From NCBI RefSeq assembly GCF_000027125.1, contig NC_017626.1: a stretch of 64,000 nucleotides of DNA, one strand, 5' to 3'. This DNA comes from Escherichia coli 042 (lineage in GTDB: Bacteria; Pseudomonadota; Gammaproteobacteria; Enterobacterales; Enterobacteriaceae). The notes beneath the pieces were generated by a model. The model made no database searches. It was not told the origin of the DNA and saw nothing but the letters and a program-made list of their open reading frames with translations. Positions 12,585-23,784 of the stretch are shown here, piece after piece. How positions within the stretch are numbered: position 1 is the first letter of the stretch; each line of letters opens with the position of its first letter. Made by a program: the position numbers and the translations under genes.

Positions 12585-13151
12585 ATGAATACGTTGACTT
12601 TCCTGCTTTCAACGGTCATTGAGCTGTATACCATGGTGCTGTTATTACGCATCTGGATGCAGTGGGCTCATTGTGATTTTTACAACCCCTTCTCACAGTT
12701 TGTAGTGAAGGTAACGCAGCCAATTATCGGGCCACTGCGCCGCGTTATTCCGGCAATGGGGCCAATTGACAGCGCCTCGCTGCTGGTTGCCTATATTCTC
12801 AGTTTTATCAAAGCCATCGTGCTGTTTAAAGTGGTGACCTTCCTGCCAATCATCTGGATTGCCGGTTTACTGATTCTGCTGAAAACCATCGGCCTGCTGA
12901 TTTTCTGGGTCCTGCTGGTGATGGCGATTATGAGCTGGGTAAGCCAGGGGCGTAGCCCGATTGAATACGTGCTGATTCAGCTGGCCGATCCGCTGCTGCG
13001 CCCGATTCGCCGCCTGCTACCGGCAATGGGTGGGATTGATTTCTCGCCGATGATCCTCGTTCTGCTGCTGTATGTCATCAATATGGGTGTCGCAGAAGTA
13101 TTACAGGCAACCGGAAATATGCTGCTGCCAGGGCTGTGGATGGCGTTATGA
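12585..13151 (+). CDS. yggT: YggT-family inner membrane protein
   Basis: 188-aa hydrophobic ORF with duplicated YGGT-type repeats; position after yggS. Confidence 0.85.
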
Positions 13152-13438
13152 ATGCCGTAACAGTTAATGATGACGGTCTGGTTTTACGGCTCTATATTCA
13201 GCCGAAAGCCAGCCGTGATTCTATTGTCGGTTTACATGGCGACGAAGTTAAAGTCGCCATTACCGCGCCGCCGGTTGACGGCCAGGCCAACAGTCATCTG
13301 GTGAAGTTTCTCGGTAAGCAATTCCGGGTTGCCAAAAGCCAGGTGGTGATTGAAAAAGGCGAACTTGGCCGCCACAAACAAATTAAAATCATTAATCCGC
13401 AACAAATCCCGCCAGAAATCGCGGCGTTAATTAATTAG
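13148..13438 (+). CDS. yggU: UPF0235 protein YggU
   Basis: Track ORF 13136..13438; conserved region [26 protein letters not shown]; start ambiguous within first 5 codons. Confidence 0.8.
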   Translation: MNAVTVNDDGLVLRLYIQPKASRDSIVGLHGDEVKVAITAPPVDGQANSHLVKFLGKQFRVAKSQVVIEKGELGRHKQIKIINPQQIPPEIAALIN

Positions 13439-13445
13439 GTATCCT

Positions 13446-14039
13446 ATGCAAAAAGTTGTCCTCGCAACCGGCAATGTCGGTAAAGTGCGTGAGCTGGCGT
13501 CGCTGCTTAGCGACTTCGGTCTTAATATCGTGGCCCAAACAGACCTCGGCGTTGATTCCGCTGAAGAAACCGGCCTGACCTTTATCGAAAACGCGATTCT
13601 GAAAGCGCGCCATGCGGCAAAAGTGACCGCTTTACCGGCAATTGCCGACGACTCTGGTCTGGCGGTAGATGTGCTTGGCGGCGCGCCGGGCATTTACTCC
13701 GCGCGTTATTCCGGTGAAGACGCGACCGATCAAAAGAATCTGCAAAAACTGCTGGAAACAATGAAAGACGTACCGGACGACCAACGTCAGGCGCGTTTCC
13801 ACTGCGTGCTGGTATATCTGCGTCACGCGGAAGATCCCACTCCGCTGGTATGCCACGGTAGCTGGCCGGGCGTGATTACTCGTGAACCAGCGGGCACTGG
13901 TGGCTTTGGTTATGATCCAATCTTCTTCGTACCTTCCGAAGGGAAAACCGCCGCCGAACTGACCCGCGAAGAAAAGAGCGCCATTTCCCACCGTGGTCAG
14001 GCGTTGAAACTGCTGCTGGACGCTTTACGTAATGGTTAA
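13446..14039 (+). CDS. rdgB: dITP/XTP pyrophosphatase
   Basis: 197-aa [24 protein letters not shown]..., Ham1/ITPase family. Confidence 0.9.
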   Translation: MQKVVLATGNVGKVRELASLLSDFGLNIVAQTDLGVDSAEETGLTFIENAILKARHAAKVTALPAIADDSGLAVDVLGGAPGIYSARYSGEDATDQKNLQKLLETMKDVPDDQRQARFHCVLVYLRHAEDPTPLVCHGSWPGVITREPAGTGGFGYDPIFFVPSEGKTAAELTREEKSAISHRGQALKLLLDALRNG

Positions 14040-15168
14040 ATTACCTCCGCTGAGTCTCTACATTCACATCCCGTGGTGCGTGCAGAAATGCCCGTACTGC
14101 GATTTCAACTCTCACGCGTTGAAAGGAGAAGTGCCGCACGACGATTATGTTCAGCATCTGCTTAACGATCTGGACAACGATGTGGCTTACGCTCAGGGCC
14201 GTGAAGTAAAGACAATCTTTATTGGCGGTGGTACGCCGAGCCTGCTTTCCGGCCCGGCGATGCAAACGCTGCTGGACGGCGTGCGTGCGCGTTTGCCGCT
14301 GGCAGCGGATGCAGAAATTACTATGGAAGCGAACCCTGGCACGGTAGAAGCCGATCGCTTTGTCGATTATCAGCGTGCTGGTGTGAACCGCATCTCTATT
14401 GGTGTGCAGAGTTTTAGCGAAGAAAAGCTGAAACGACTTGGGCGTATTCATGGCCCGCAAGAAGCGAAACGCGCGGCGAAGCTGGCGAGCGGTTTAGGGT
14501 TACGTAGCTTTAACCTTGATTTGATGCATGGGCTGCCGGATCAATCACTGGAAGAGGCGCTTGGCGATCTACGCCAGGCCATTGAACTGAATCCGCCGCA
14601 TCTTTCCTGGTATCAACTGACCATCGAACCCAATACGCTGTTTGGTTCGCGACCACCGGTGCTGCCGGACGATGACGCGTTGTGGGATATATTCGAACAG
14701 GGGCATCAGTTATTAACCGCAGCGGGTTATCAGCAATATGAAACTTCCGCTTACGCCAAACCCGGTTATCAGTGCCAGCACAATCTCAACTACTGGCGCT
14801 TTGGTGACTACATCGGTATTGGCTGCGGCGCACACGGCAAAGTGACCTTCCCGGATGGGCGCATTCTGCGTACCACCAAAACGCGTCATCCGCGTGGTTT
14901 TATGCAAGGAAGGTATCTGGAAAGCCAGCGTGATGTCGAAGCCACAGATAAGCCGTTTGAGTTCTTTATGAATCGCTTCCGTCTGCTGGAGGCCGCGCCG
15001 CGCGTGGAGTTTATTGCGTATACCGGGCTTTGCGAAGATGTGATTCGCCCACAGTTAGACGAGGCGATTGCCCAGGGTTATCTCACCGAATGTGCGGATT
15101 ACTGGCAGATAACGGAACATGGGAAGCTGTTTTTAAATTCGCTGCTGGAGCTTTTTCTGGCTGAGTAA
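14032..15168 (+). CDS. hemW: radical SAM heme chaperone (HemN-like)
   Basis: 378-aa ORF with CxxxCxxC radical-SAM motif ([10 protein letters not shown]); overlaps rdgB stop. Confidence 0.9.
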   Translation: MVKLPPLSLYIHIPWCVQKCPYCDFNSHALKGEVPHDDYVQHLLNDLDNDVAYAQGREVKTIFIGGGTPSLLSGPAMQTLLDGVRARLPLAADAEITMEANPGTVEADRFVDYQRAGVNRISIGVQSFSEEKLKRLGRIHGPQEAKRAAKLASGLGLRSFNLDLMHGLPDQSLEEALGDLRQAIELNPPHLSWYQLTIEPNTLFGSRPPVLPDDDALWDIFEQGHQLLTAAGYQQYETSAYAKPGYQCQHNLNYWRFGDYIGIGCGAHGKVTFPDGRILRTTKTRHPRGFMQGRYLESQRDVEATDKPFEFFMNRFRLLEAAPRVEFIAYTGLCEDVIRPQLDEAIAQGYLTECADYWQITEHGKLFLNSLLELFLAE

Positions 15169-15175
15169 ACTTGTA

Positions 15176-15298
15176 TTGCCGGATGCGGCGTGAACGCCTT
15201 ATCCAGCCGACATGTGGCAGCGGTTGTAGGTCTGATAAGACGCGCAAGCGTCGCATCAGACGTTGATTGCCGGATGCGGGGTCAACGCCGCATCCTGC
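15176..15298. repeat. REP/BIME-type palindromic repeat cluster
   Basis: tgccggatgcggcgtgaacgcc...gtctgataagacgcg...gccggatgcggggtcaacgccgcatcc units. Confidence 0.6.
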
Positions 15299-15322
15299 TA
15301 CAAATCGTGCACTATATCAAAC

Positions 15323-16330
15323 TTACTTAATCACCCCATTGCGCCGCAGTTGTTCGGTATCTTTTTTCCAGCGTTCATTAGCTTGGTTGATATCGTCAAT
15401 TTTCATCAAAATCGCGACTTTTTTACTGTTTATTTCTGAAACTTTCATCGTTAACGGATATTGCCCTTTTTCGAGCGTTACCCAGTCATCCTGCAATTTA
15501 CGGCTAAGTTTTTGTGATTGCAGAAAAGTCTGTCGCCGTTGTTCGTTGATATCGAAATCTCGTTTCTGCTGAATCGGCACTTCATAACACTCTTCACTCT
15601 GTTTATGACATGCCGCAATCGCCGGTTGATAAACCTCTTTGTCATATTTAACCGCGAACGCCTCGCTATCGTTCTGTTTATTAAACTCATCACGCTGTTG
15701 GTGAATTTTTTTAAAGGCGTCTTCGCGGGTCATTTGCTTACCGTTTGCATCTTTTCCCCAATATGCATCCGCTGCTTTCTGCGCCGCCACCATTTGCTTA
15801 TCAAGCGCTTTCACTTCCTTTTCCAGCGCAGGAATCGAGTTCTTCTGGGTATTCAACGCAGATTCAAGCTGACTAAAGCGATAATTGAAATCTTCGCTAT
15901 TCACGATCAGATATTTATTATTCGTTTTGATATCGTCGACCACCCGCCCACGATCGCTGGCTGCCGCCTGAAAAGAGTAAAAGTTCACCGACCAGCCAGA
16001 CGCGGGCGTTCCTTTACTGGTTAACATCGCCGAGAATTTTACCGGTTTATCTTTCGTCCAGGTCTGTTCGAGCAGTTCGTAATCTGCCAACTGACCGACC
16101 CAGGTATAGAGATCGTCACTGGAAGAGACATCGCCTTCCGCTGACCAGGTGGCCTGATTACCCTTAGCATCAAGATTTTTTAAGGTGATAGCATCAAGCT
16201 TGAGAATGCCGTGATACTGCTTTTTGAATTGATCTTTTAAGATATTTTCAGTTGGCGGTTCGCCATCTGCCCAGGCATTACCAGTCATCAACATAAGCAG
16301 TGCCGTGCCAACAATCCATTGCTTTTTCAC
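15323..16330 (-). CDS. yggM: DUF-type periplasmic protein YggM
   Basis: 335-aa ORF with N-terminal signal peptide MKKQWIVGTALLMLMTGNAWA; position matches K-12 yggM. Confidence 0.8.
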   Translation of the reverse strand: MKKQWIVGTALLMLMTGNAWADGEPPTENILKDQFKKQYHGILKLDAITLKNLDAKGNQATWSAEGDVSSSDDLYTWVGQLADYELLEQTWTKDKPVKFSAMLTSKGTPASGWSVNFYSFQAAASDRGRVVDDIKTNNKYLIVNSEDFNYRFSQLESALNTQKNSIPALEKEVKALDKQMVAAQKAADAYWGKDANGKQMTREDAFKKIHQQRDEFNKQNDSEAFAVKYDKEVYQPAIAACHKQSEECYEVPIQQKRDFDINEQRRQTFLQSQKLSRKLQDDWVTLEKGQYPLTMKVSEINSKKVAILMKIDDINQANERWKKDTEQLRRNGVIK

Positions 16331-16446
16331 CCGAAAAACCTCACGCGGAATAATTTATTCCGGTGATTATCATTAGGGTAATTAAAATTGGCAATGGACG
16401 TGAGTCTGAAGTGAAAAAGCCCCGGCACGATACCGGGGCGAGGCGA

Positions 16447-17493
16447 TTAGTACTTATTGAAGATCTGCTGGATCTGCTGCGGATCTTTGGTTTGCGTCAG
16501 AGCCAGTTGCAGCAGAACGCGCGCTTTTTGCGGGTTCAGCGTGCCAGAGGCGACGAAGCCGTATTTCGCATCATCCACTTCGGCATCCTGAGTGGTAGCG
16601 CCCGTCGGTACGCGGGAAGAACGCACGACTGCAGTACCGGTTTTCGCGGCGGTCGCCAGCGTGTCGAACACAGATTTATACAGGTTGCCGTTACCCACAC
16701 CAGCGCTAACGATGCCATCATAGCCCGCATCTACCAGTGCTTTAGCCGGAAGATCGGATGCGTTAGCGTAGTTATAAACAATGCCGACTTTCGGCAGTTC
16801 ATTCAGCTTAGAGACATCGAATGGCGTGTCGCTGGTATGCTTACGTGCCGGGGTACGCTGGTAGTCAATCTTACCGTTGTGAATGTAACCCAGAGGACCG
16901 TAGTTAACAGACTTGAAGGTCGCTACGTCGGTGGTGTTGGTTTTGGTGACGTCACGGCCATCAAGCACGGTGTCATTCATCACTACCAGCACGCCACGGT
17001 TGGCGGAGGCTTTATCAGCTGCGGTCACTACCGCGTTATACAGGTTGAATGGACCGTCTGCGCTCATAGACGTGGACGGACGCATTGCGCCGACCATCAC
17101 CACCGGTTTGTCGCATTTCACCGTCAGGTCGAGGAAGTAAGCAGTTTCTTCCATCGTGTCGGTACCGTGGGTAATGACGAAGCCGTCGGTCTTATCGCAG
17201 TCGGTGTTAATTTTTTTCGCCAGTGTCAGCCAGACATTATCGTTCATGTCCTGGGAGCCGATATTCACTACCTGCTCGCCTTTAACGTTCGCAATGTCTT
17301 TTAGTTGCGGCACCGCATTAACCAGATTTTCTACGCCAACTTTACCCGCTGTGTAGTTAGATTTGGTTGCGGAGTCACCACCACCGGCAATGGTCCCGCC
17401 GGTTGCTAAAATGGTGATATTGGGTAATGCCAATGCTGCACCACTAAAACCCATAACCAGTGCGGCAAGTGCCGTCTTTTTGAAAAACTCCAT
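16447..17493 (-). CDS. ansB: periplasmic L-asparaginase II
   Basis: 348-aa ORF MEFFKKTALAALVMGFSGAALALPNITILATGGTIAGGGD..., asparaginase TGGTIAG motif. Confidence 0.95.
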   Translation of the reverse strand: MEFFKKTALAALVMGFSGAALALPNITILATGGTIAGGGDSATKSNYTAGKVGVENLVNAVPQLKDIANVKGEQVVNIGSQDMNDNVWLTLAKKINTDCDKTDGFVITHGTDTMEETAYFLDLTVKCDKPVVMVGAMRPSTSMSADGPFNLYNAVVTAADKASANRGVLVVMNDTVLDGRDVTKTNTTDVATFKSVNYGPLGYIHNGKIDYQRTPARKHTSDTPFDVSKLNELPKVGIVYNYANASDLPAKALVDAGYDGIVSAGVGNGNLYKSVFDTLATAAKTGTAVVRSSRVPTGATTQDAEVDDAKYGFVASGTLNPQKARVLLQLALTQTKDPQQIQQIFNKY

Positions 17494-17550
17494 TTCATTC
17501 CTCCAGTTACGTGAACGCTACGCATTATCCCTTAGCTCTGTATGGGAAAT

Positions 17551-17564
17551 TTGACGTTAAACAA
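17551..17564 (-). promoter_or_regulatory. FNR-like half-palindrome in ansB promoter region
   Basis: Minus-strand TTGTTtaacGTCAA about 60 nt upstream of the ansB ATG resembles the TTGAT-N4-ATCAA FNR consensus; ansB is a known FNR/CRP co-activated gene. Confidence 0.4.
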
Positions 17565-17668
17565 TTTACAACGTGAATATATTTTGGAGATCTACAAAGT
17601 TAGAGGCAGGTAACAAAACGAAGAATTAAACGGCATAAAAAAGTATTATGCCGTCTTAAAATAGAGGA

Positions 17669-18388
17669 TTATTTTAAATTCCCGACCAGGGCTTTGCGGC
17701 TATCTTCCAGAGTCACAACGCGGCTACAAACATCTTTGCCAAACTGCTGGAAATCTTTTTCCTGCTTTTTCCACTCGGTTTGGATTGAGGATTGCAGCCC
17801 CCCCAGGCTTCCCAGCACATTCTGTAATGGGTTACCGCCGCTTTTCAGCACCGCTTTCGCGCCCATTTCATTAATGCTGTCCTGTAAAATTCCACCCATT
17901 GCCTGATTCACTAATTGCTGGCCTTCGGCGCGAACCTGATCAATGGCTTTATAGTGAAACGTCAGGCCATCGCTGCGCGTTTCAATAATGCGGTTCATCT
18001 GCTCTTTCAGCTGCGCATCAAGTTTGGTCAGACGGCTGCGCATTTTGCTGCTTTCGCCCATCTCCTGAACGATAATTTTATCCAGAGCAATACGGGCTTT
18101 CTCGACGCGGCTTTTCGCGCCTTCATCAATCCACGGCAGCGTGCTGCGTAGTTCAGCCTGATAATCCTTCGCCTGCTCGCGCTGGGCGGCATTCAGGGAA
18201 TATTGCTTACCGTTATACATCACGTTGCCGTCTGGCGTGATCACCAGATTGCCGTTTTCGCCCTTCACCTGCACGGTTTGCGGGCTGACAATCACATCGT
18301 CACGCGGCGTGACGCTGCACTGGTAGTCGGCGTGAGCGGTCATTGCCGTCACTGAAAGTGCTGCCGCCAGCAGCATTTTGCGCATCAT
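17669..18388 (-). CDS. yggN: DUF2884-type periplasmic protein YggN
   Basis: 239-aa ORF with signal peptide MMRKMLLAAALSVTAMTAHA; position as in K-12. Confidence 0.8.
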   Translation of the reverse strand: MMRKMLLAAALSVTAMTAHADYQCSVTPRDDVIVSPQTVQVKGENGNLVITPDGNVMYNGKQYSLNAAQREQAKDYQAELRSTLPWIDEGAKSRVEKARIALDKIIVQEMGESSKMRSRLTKLDAQLKEQMNRIIETRSDGLTFHYKAIDQVRAEGQQLVNQAMGGILQDSINEMGAKAVLKSGGNPLQNVLGSLGGLQSSIQTEWKKQEKDFQQFGKDVCSRVVTLEDSRKALVGNLK

Positions 18389-18459
18389 AGTCTTCCCTCA
18401 AGAAAAAATCAGGCCAGCATTTGCTGGCCCCAGATTGATAACAAAGTACGCGTTTTCCA

Positions 18460-18542
18460 TGCCGGATGCGGCGTAAACACCTTATCCCGCCTACTCGATC
18501 GTGCATCTTTCCAGGCCTGATAAGCGTAGCGCATCAGGCAGT
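18460..18542. repeat. REP-type palindromic repeat
   Basis: gccggatgcggcgtaaacacc...gcctgataagcgtagcgcatcaggc. Confidence 0.5.
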
Positions 18543-18571
18543 TTTGCATTTGTCATCGCCCGTATGCTTTC

Positions 18572-18898
18572 TTAGTCCCACCAAACGTCGAAAAGTTCGC
18601 TGGTGCGTACCTCATCCAGTTTGCGCTCTTCCAGCCACTTACGCACAATCGCCTGATGTTCTTCGGTGCATTTGCCGATTTCCTGCATGCAGATCAGACC
18701 TTCCCAGGCCAGATAACCGCTGCCGTCAAAGGCCAGTTTGTTCGGTTCGATAACCTCGTTAATAAAATCATCAACGGTTTTATCAATCTGTTCTTCCGAT
18801 GTACCTTCCGGGAATCGCCATGCCACCGAAAATCCTAATTCCTGGAATTCGTCGATGTGCATTTTTTTACGCAGACGACGGCTACGGTTCTTTGCCAT
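18572..18898 (-). CDS. yggL: DUF469 protein YggL
   Basis: Track ORF 18572..18928; conserved start [18 protein letters not shown] at 18898, overlapping trmB stop by 1 nt. Confidence 0.8.
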   Translation of the reverse strand: MAKNRSRRLRKKMHIDEFQELGFSVAWRFPEGTSEEQIDKTVDDFINEVIEPNKLAFDGSGYLAWEGLICMQEIGKCTEEHQAIVRKWLEERKLDEVRTSELFDVWWD

Positions 18899-19617
18899 TA
18901 TTTCACCCTCTCGAACATTAAGTCCCATACTCCGTGACCAAGACGATGACCACGTTGTTCAAATTTCGTCACCGGACGTGATGCCGGACGCGGTACGTAA
19001 TCATTGCTCTCTGACAGGTTTTTATAACCGTCAATAGAAGACATCACTTCAAGCATATGTTCCGCATAAGGTTCCCAGTCGGTCGCCATATGGAATACGC
19101 CCCCCAGCTGCAGTTTGCTTTTTACCAGTTCGGCAAACGGCACCTGAACGATACGGCGTTTATTATGGCGCGCTTTGTGCCACGGGTCAGGGAAAAAGAG
19201 CTGCACCATGCGCAATGAATTGTCAGGAATCATTTTATGCAGCACTTCAACCGCATCGTGACACATCACGCGCAGGTTGCTTAAACCTTCTTCATGCGCA
19301 GAAGCCAGGCACGCACCAACGCCCGGTGAATGCACTTCAATGCCGAGGAAGTCCTGCTCAGGGCGATCTTTAGCCATTGCCACCAGCGACGCCCCCATGC
19401 CAAAACCAATCTCAAGCGTCACCGGCGCTTCACGGCCAAAAAGCGCGGGGAAATCCAGCATATCTTCGCTGAACTCAACGCCCATCACCGGCCAGTAGTT
19501 TTCCAGCGCATGTTCCTGGCCTTTGGTCAGTCGCCCCTGGCGGCGCACAAAACTACGGATACGGCGCAGTGGGCGGCCGTTTTCATCAAATTCCGGTGAA
19601 ATGACGTCGTTTTTCAT
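18898..19617 (-). CDS. trmB: tRNA (guanine46-N7)-methyltransferase
   Basis: 239-aa [37 protein letters not shown]... with SAM-binding EIGFGMG motif. Confidence 0.9.
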   Translation of the reverse strand: MKNDVISPEFDENGRPLRRIRSFVRRQGRLTKGQEHALENYWPVMGVEFSEDMLDFPALFGREAPVTLEIGFGMGASLVAMAKDRPEQDFLGIEVHSPGVGACLASAHEEGLSNLRVMCHDAVEVLHKMIPDNSLRMVQLFFPDPWHKARHNKRRIVQVPFAELVKSKLQLGGVFHMATDWEPYAEHMLEVMSSIDGYKNLSESNDYVPRPASRPVTKFEQRGHRLGHGVWDLMFERVK

Positions 19618-19777
19618 AAAGGTTTAGTCGCTTGTGAAAGTGTTCTGAAAACGGGCATTATCCAAAGTTAGTTGCCGGATGCAAGCATGATAAGGCCGTG
19701 GCTGCGGAAAGTTCCGGTTTACACCCTGCCGTCGCTGTGCTGCAATCTTGCCCCCAACAACAGTGAATTCGGTGACC

Positions 19778-20830
19778 ATGCAAGCGTCGCAATTTTCAGC
19801 CCAGGTTCTGGACTGGTACGATAAATACGGGCGAAAAACTCTGCCCTGGCAAATTGACAAGACGCCCTACAAAGTATGGCTCTCAGAAGTGATGTTGCAA
19901 CAAACTCAGGTTGCGACCGTTATCCCCTATTTTGAACGCTTTATGGCGCGCTTCCCGACGGTGACCGATCTCGCCAATGCGCCGCTCGACGAAGTTCTCC
20001 ACTTGTGGACCGGGCTTGGCTATTACGCCCGCGCGCGCAATCTGCATAAAGCGGCACAACAAGTGGCGACCTTACACGGCGGTAAATTCCCGGAAACCTT
20101 TGAGGAAGTTGCAGCACTGCCGGGCGTCGGGCGTTCCACCGCAGGCGCGATTCTCTCGCTTTCTCTGGGTAAGCACTTTCCGATTCTCGACGGTAACGTC
20201 AAACGCGTGCTGGCGCGCTGCTATGCTGTAAGCGGCTGGCCTGGGAAAAAAGAGGTCGAGAATAAATTATGGAGTTTGAGCGAGCAGGTGACGCCCGCGG
20301 TTGGCGTGGAACGGTTTAATCAGGCGATGATGGATTTGGGTGCGATGATTTGTACGCGCTCGAAACCGAAATGTTCGCTCTGTCCGCTACAAAACGGATG
20401 TATTGCCGCCGCCAACAATAGCTGGGCGCTTTATCCGGGCAAAAAACCGAAACAGACGCTGCCGGAGCGCACCGGCTACTTTTTGCTATTACAGCACGAA
20501 GATGAAGTATTGCTGGCGCAGCGTCCGCCGAGCGGATTGTGGGGCGGTTTATACTGTTTCCCGCAGTTTGCCGACGAAGAAAGTTTGCGGCAGTGGCTGG
20601 CGCAACGGCAGATTGCTGCCGATAACCTGACGCAACTGACCGCGTTTCGGCATACCTTCAGCCATTTCCACTTAGATATTGTGCCTATGTGGCTTCCCGT
20701 GTCGTCATTCACCGGCTGCATGGATGAAGGCAATGCGCTCTGGTATAACTTAGCGCAACCGCCGTCAGTTGGCCTGGCGGCTCCCGTGGAGCGTTTGTTA
20801 CAGCAGTTACGCACTGGCGCGCCGGTTTAG
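19778..20830 (+). CDS. mutY: adenine DNA glycosylase
   Basis: Track ORF 19748..20830; conserved start [25 protein letters not shown]; HhH-GPD fold and C-terminal Cys cluster. Confidence 0.9.
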   Translation: MQASQFSAQVLDWYDKYGRKTLPWQIDKTPYKVWLSEVMLQQTQVATVIPYFERFMARFPTVTDLANAPLDEVLHLWTGLGYYARARNLHKAAQQVATLHGGKFPETFEEVAALPGVGRSTAGAILSLSLGKHFPILDGNVKRVLARCYAVSGWPGKKEVENKLWSLSEQVTPAVGVERFNQAMMDLGAMICTRSKPKCSLCPLQNGCIAAANNSWALYPGKKPKQTLPERTGYFLLLQHEDEVLLAQRPPSGLWGGLYCFPQFADEESLRQWLAQRQIAADNLTQLTAFRHTFSHFHLDIVPMWLPVSSFTGCMDEGNALWYNLAQPPSVGLAAPVERLLQQLRTGAPV

Positions 20831-20854
20831 CGCGTGAGTCGATAAAGAGGATGA

Positions 20855-21133
<279 letters not shown>

Positions 21134-21170
21134 AAACAGTGCCGGAGCACGCCTCCGGCAACTTGCATAA

Positions 21171-22277
<1,107 letters not shown>

Positions 22278-22478
22278 TTCCATTAACCGCCCCTGACGAT
22301 GCTCAGGGGCAAAAATGTTATCCACATCACAATTTCGTTTTGCAAATTGGGAATGTTTGCAATTATTTGCCACAGGTAACAAAAAACCAGTCCGCGAAGT
22401 TGATAGAATCCCATCATCTCGCACGGTCAAATGTGCTTTTTCAAACACTCATCCGCATCACGATGTGAGGAAATTAAC

Positions 22479-23735
22479 ATGAATCTTAAGCTGCAGCTGA
22501 AAATCCTCTCTTTTCTGCAGTTCTGTCTGTGGGGAAGTTGGCTGACGACCCTCGGCTCCTATATGTTTGTTACCCTGAAGTTTGACGGTGCTTCTATTGG
22601 CGCAGTTTATAGCTCACTGGGTATCGCAGCGGTCTTTATGCCTGCGCTGCTGGGGATTGTGGCCGACAAATGGTTAAGTGCGAAATGGGTATATGCCATT
22701 TGCCACACCATTGGCGCTATCACGCTGTTCATGGCGGCACAGGTCACGACACCGGAAGCGATGTTCCTTGTGATATTGATTAACTCGTTTGCTTATATGC
22801 CAACGCTTGGGTTAATCAACACCATCTCTTACTATCGCCTGCAAAATGCCGGGATGGATATCGTTACTGACTTCCCGCCAATCCGTATCTGGGGCACCAT
22901 CGGCTTTATCATGGCAATGTGGGTGGTGAGCCTGTCTGGCTTCGAATTAAGCCACATGCAGCTGTATATTGGCGCAGCACTTTCCGCCATTCTGGTTCTG
23001 TTTACCCTGACTCTGCCGCATATTCCGGTTGCTAAACAGCAAGCGAATCAGAGCTGGACAACCCTGCTGGGCCTCGATGCATTCGCGCTGTTTAAAAACA
23101 AGCGTATGGCAATCTTCTTTATCTTCTCAATGCTGCTGGGCGCGGAACTGCAGATTACCAACATGTTCGGTAATACCTTCCTGCACAGCTTCGACAAAGA
23201 TCCGATGTTTGCCAGCAGCTTTATTGTGCAGCATGCGTCAATCATCATGTCGATTTCGCAGATCTCTGAAACCCTGTTCATTCTGACCATCCCGTTCTTC
23301 TTAAGCCGCTACGGTATTAAGAACGTAATGATGATCAGTATTGTGGCGTGGATCCTGCGTTTTGCGCTGTTTGCTTACGGCGACCCGACTCCGTTCGGTA
23401 CTGTACTGCTGGTACTGTCGATGATCGTTTACGGTTGCGCATTCGACTTCTTCAACATCTCTGGTTCGGTGTTTGTCGAAAAAGAAGTTAGCCCGGCAAT
23501 TCGCGCCAGTGCACAAGGGATGTTCCTGATGATGACTAACGGCTTCGGCTGTATCCTCGGCGGCATCGTGAGCGGTAAAGTTGTTGAGATGTACACCCAA
23601 AACGGCATTACCGACTGGCAGACCGTATGGTTGATTTTCGCTGGTTACTCCGTGGTTCTGGCCTTCGCGTTCATGGCGATGTTCAAATATAAACACGTTC
23701 GTGTCCCGACAGGCACACAGACGGTTAGCCACTAA
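22479..23735 (+). CDS. nupG: nucleoside:H+ symporter
   Basis: Track ORF 22431..23735; conserved start MNLKLQLKILSFLQF at ATG 22479; 12-TM transporter. Confidence 0.9.
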   Translation: MNLKLQLKILSFLQFCLWGSWLTTLGSYMFVTLKFDGASIGAVYSSLGIAAVFMPALLGIVADKWLSAKWVYAICHTIGAITLFMAAQVTTPEAMFLVILINSFAYMPTLGLINTISYYRLQNAGMDIVTDFPPIRIWGTIGFIMAMWVVSLSGFELSHMQLYIGAALSAILVLFTLTLPHIPVAKQQANQSWTTLLGLDAFALFKNKRMAIFFIFSMLLGAELQITNMFGNTFLHSFDKDPMFASSFIVQHASIIMSISQISETLFILTIPFFLSRYGIKNVMMISIVAWILRFALFAYGDPTPFGTVLLVLSMIVYGCAFDFFNISGSVFVEKEVSPAIRASAQGMFLMMTNGFGCILGGIVSGKVVEMYTQNGITDWQTVWLIFAGYSVVLAFAFMAMFKYKHVRVPTGTQTVSH

Positions 23736-23745
23736 TTACGCAAAG

Positions 23746-23780
23746 AAAAACGGGTCGCCAGAAGGTGACCCGTTTTTTTT
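23746..23780. terminator. bidirectional hairpin terminator between nupG and speC
   Basis: aaaaacgggtcgcc-agaa-ggtgacccgtttttttt. Confidence 0.6.
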
Positions 23781-23784
23781 ATTC

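Noticed and set aside
16363-17304. 313-aa plus-strand ORF
   Set aside because: Antisense to ansB; Arg/Gly/Val-rich low-complexity translation typical of antisense frames of GC-rich genes.
10722-18542. Palindromic repeat clusters that might be mistaken for CRISPR spacers/repeats
   Set aside because: They are single or paired REP/BIME units (gccggatgcggcgtgaacgcc type) with no regular repeat-spacer periodicity and no cas genes.
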